Source: Amphiscolops sp. MND2022
Lineage: Eukaryota
NCBI GenBank assembly: GCA_964187785.1
Contig: CAXLNC010000888.1
Coordinates: forward strand, 1-64,000
Length of the DNA: 64,000 bases
Direction of reading: 5' to 3'
Shown here: positions 62,349 through 64,000 of the stretch, one piece after another
Layout: every line of letters starts with the position of its first letter
Position numbering within the stretch: position 1 is the stretch's first letter
Translations under genes and position numbers: made by a program
Notes under the pieces: generated by a model
What the model was told of the DNA's origin: nothing
Databases searched by the model: none
The model's input: only the letters and a program-made list of their open reading frames with translations

Positions 62349-62405
62349 CTTTCAATTTCAGTATGATTAAGTACCGGTGGTTCTTATTCATACTGAAATT
62401 GAAAG
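62349..62405. other. 57 nt hairpin with 23 bp arms (1 mismatch)
   Basis: ctttcaatttcagtatgattaag - taccggtggtt - cttattcatactgaaattgaaag. Confidence 0.9.
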
Positions 62406-62419
62406 TTCAGACAGCGAAG

Positions 62420-63730
62420 CATACGACGCCGCCAGCACTGTTGAATTTACACCTTCACCTCCCATTTCGAAAGTGATGAATTCTTACAAAAAATTTTTAT
62501 CCTAATTCAAAAACCAGATTCAACTAAAAATAAATCGTCTCCCAGCACACTGGAGGGAAAAAATCAGATGCCTCAGCTTGGACAAACACAATTCACACGA
62601 TCAACTTCCTCCCGGCTGGGAGATCGCAGAAAACAATCACATCCAAAAGATATTTGGGAAATTGGGATTAACAGCCATGTTGTTCAAAATGGCACACCAA
62701 CAGAGAAGCGAAAAAAAACAACAAACACCAAAAAGACAAGAAATGCCAAAAAGAGAAGTGGCAAATACGGACGAACCGCCAATTCAACAAAGCACGCCAG
62801 CACTAGACATGCCAGCGACATACGAACTGACCAATCAACAACGGTAAATTAAATCTTACATATTGACGTACTACACCCTTTGGTAGTTGTTTTCTAACAG
62901 TTTAGGATATGTATGTGGTTTCCACGACACTTGTATAAAGATATGGTCTTATTTTCCATCGTCGTTTTAGGACCATTCAAGAACGAGATCCTTCGTTGAA
63001 TGTCAATCTAAGAAAATGGCAGTTTACCAAACGCTAGCAAAAATGGACTAGGCGCGGTCCTCCCACAATGTGAAACAAACATCTGGAAACCAATTTCGTA
63101 CGCATCTTGATTTTTAACAAATTTCGAAATGAACTATTCCATAAACGAATTATAATTTTAGTTGTTGTGGTAGACATGTAAATTATGTAACGATCGTCGC
63201 AATCAAACGGCCAATAGAATGCAAGAAAGTAGAGAGCAGCCAATCAAAAGCCGAGAATAGCGTGCTTACGGCAGCGAGCGAGAGCAACAGTGGTGAACGA
63301 AACGAATACAAGAACGGTGTTAACAAGTTAATTGAAAACAGATCTAATTCGCAAATTGCCAAAACCATGCAAAACGCCAGTGAGTCAAAAGTAGGTAAAA
63401 GTTACATTTGCGCCATTTATGAAGAAGATAGACATTTGCAGAAAATGATAAAACTTGTAAAATCTAAAGATGTGGCGCAAATCGCCAGACTTCCAGTTCC
63501 GCGGAGAGAAAAGTTTACCGCGTTTAATTTGGATTCGAATAACTTGCTTTACATGAACGAACGCCTCGGTATTCCTAAAAACATGCAAGAAAACATGATG
63601 AACGCAATACATTTTGGGCACGCAGGCAGGGACGCGATGTTAAGCGATGCGGCAGATGTCTGGTGGCCTAAAATACACCGTGAAATTATAGAGAAAGCCA
63701 GTAATTGCCCGCAGAAGGTAAGAGTTTAAA
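62420..63730 (+). pseudogene. pol: Gypsy family C fragments (62420-62850; 63100-63730 linker and integrase zinc finger)
   Basis: RLPAHWREKIRCL; RLPVPRREKFTAF..LYMNERL..IHFGHAGRDAML..WWPKIHREI..C. Confidence 0.85.
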
Positions 63731-63755
63731 ATGTGTTAAATCACAAAAGGAATTT

Positions 63756-63840
63756 GGATACCATGTAATCTAATTCCCAACCCCCAGTTACACCTTGTTG
63801 AAAATTCCACCGCCCCCCCAACACGAAAAGCACTTTTTGT
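63756..63840. mobile_element. Diverged Merlin-like terminus
   Basis: ggataccatgt..aattc..ccccca-gttacaccttgt..ccccccaacacgaaaa resembles 48026-48125. Confidence 0.55.
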
Positions 63841-64000
63841 TCTCGACTAAAACCATTTCTTTAATAAGAGAATATTATATGAAAGTAAATACTTAGAGGA
63901 GTGTCTCTACAACTGTTTTGACACTTCACGCAAAAACATATCCTAATTTTTTGATAATATTGTCCAAAATAGCAGAAATCCACGTTTAGAACGAGCTAAA

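Larger units (their letters stand above)
52740..63025. repeat. Dispersed ~200-300 bp modular repeat, 7 copies: ~52740-52985(-), 55340-55625(+), 57960-58260(-), 58310-58560(-), 59895-60140(+), 60200-60480(+), 62845-63025(+); partial at ~48850-48950
   Basis: Core ttacatattgacgtactacccctttggtagttgttttcttacagtttaagatatgtatgtggtttccacgacacatgtataaagatatggtcttactttcca...gaactagctcattcgttgaatg...aaaatggcag is readable in each copy. Confidence 0.92.

Noticed and set aside
52740-63025. CRISPR-like array or membrane-protein ORFs (MWFPRHMYKD...) from the repeated module
   Set aside because: Eukaryotic context, dispersed copies in both orientations, no repeat-spacer regularity; frames are not conserved between copies.
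1-64000. tRNA, rRNA, primer-binding sites
   Set aside because: None recognisable by eye; tRNAscan-SE or Infernal would be needed to exclude them formally.

Overview
AT-rich eukaryotic DNA, most likely from an invertebrate animal: it has spliceosomal introns, Ty3/gypsy retroelements, Tc1, hAT and Merlin DNA transposons, and a 188-N scaffold gap. I cannot name the species. Most of the window is transposon-derived. (1) 1-9.8 kb and 28.9-36.9 kb hold two diverged, decayed members of a large Ty3/gypsy family. Its order is RNaseH-integrase, a small ORF, a Cys-rich envelope glycoprotein, then further accessory ORFs, one clearly conserved between the two members. The envelope resembles chuvirus/herpes-gB class III fusogens rather than retroviral or baculovirus-F env. 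This architecture is the best novelty candidate. (2) 9.8-17.1 kb is a ~3.65 kb near-identical tandem duplication of a chimeric LTR/gag-protease fragment. (3) 18.2-28.4 kb holds an unclassified ORF-rich LTR-like remnant and a degenerate gag-pol gypsy on the minus strand. (4) 38.7-44.3 kb encodes a host BTB-BACK-Kelch (KLHL-like) gene on the minus strand; five exons were reconstructed. (5) 44.8-64 kb is a patchwork of fragments of a third gypsy family, a ~280 bp modular repeat, a deleted Merlin element, several MITEs, a RING-finger pseudogene and a near-perfect 57 nt hairpin. No rRNA, tRNA or CRISPR array was seen. All protein-family calls are by eye, from motif recognition, and need HMM or structure searches.
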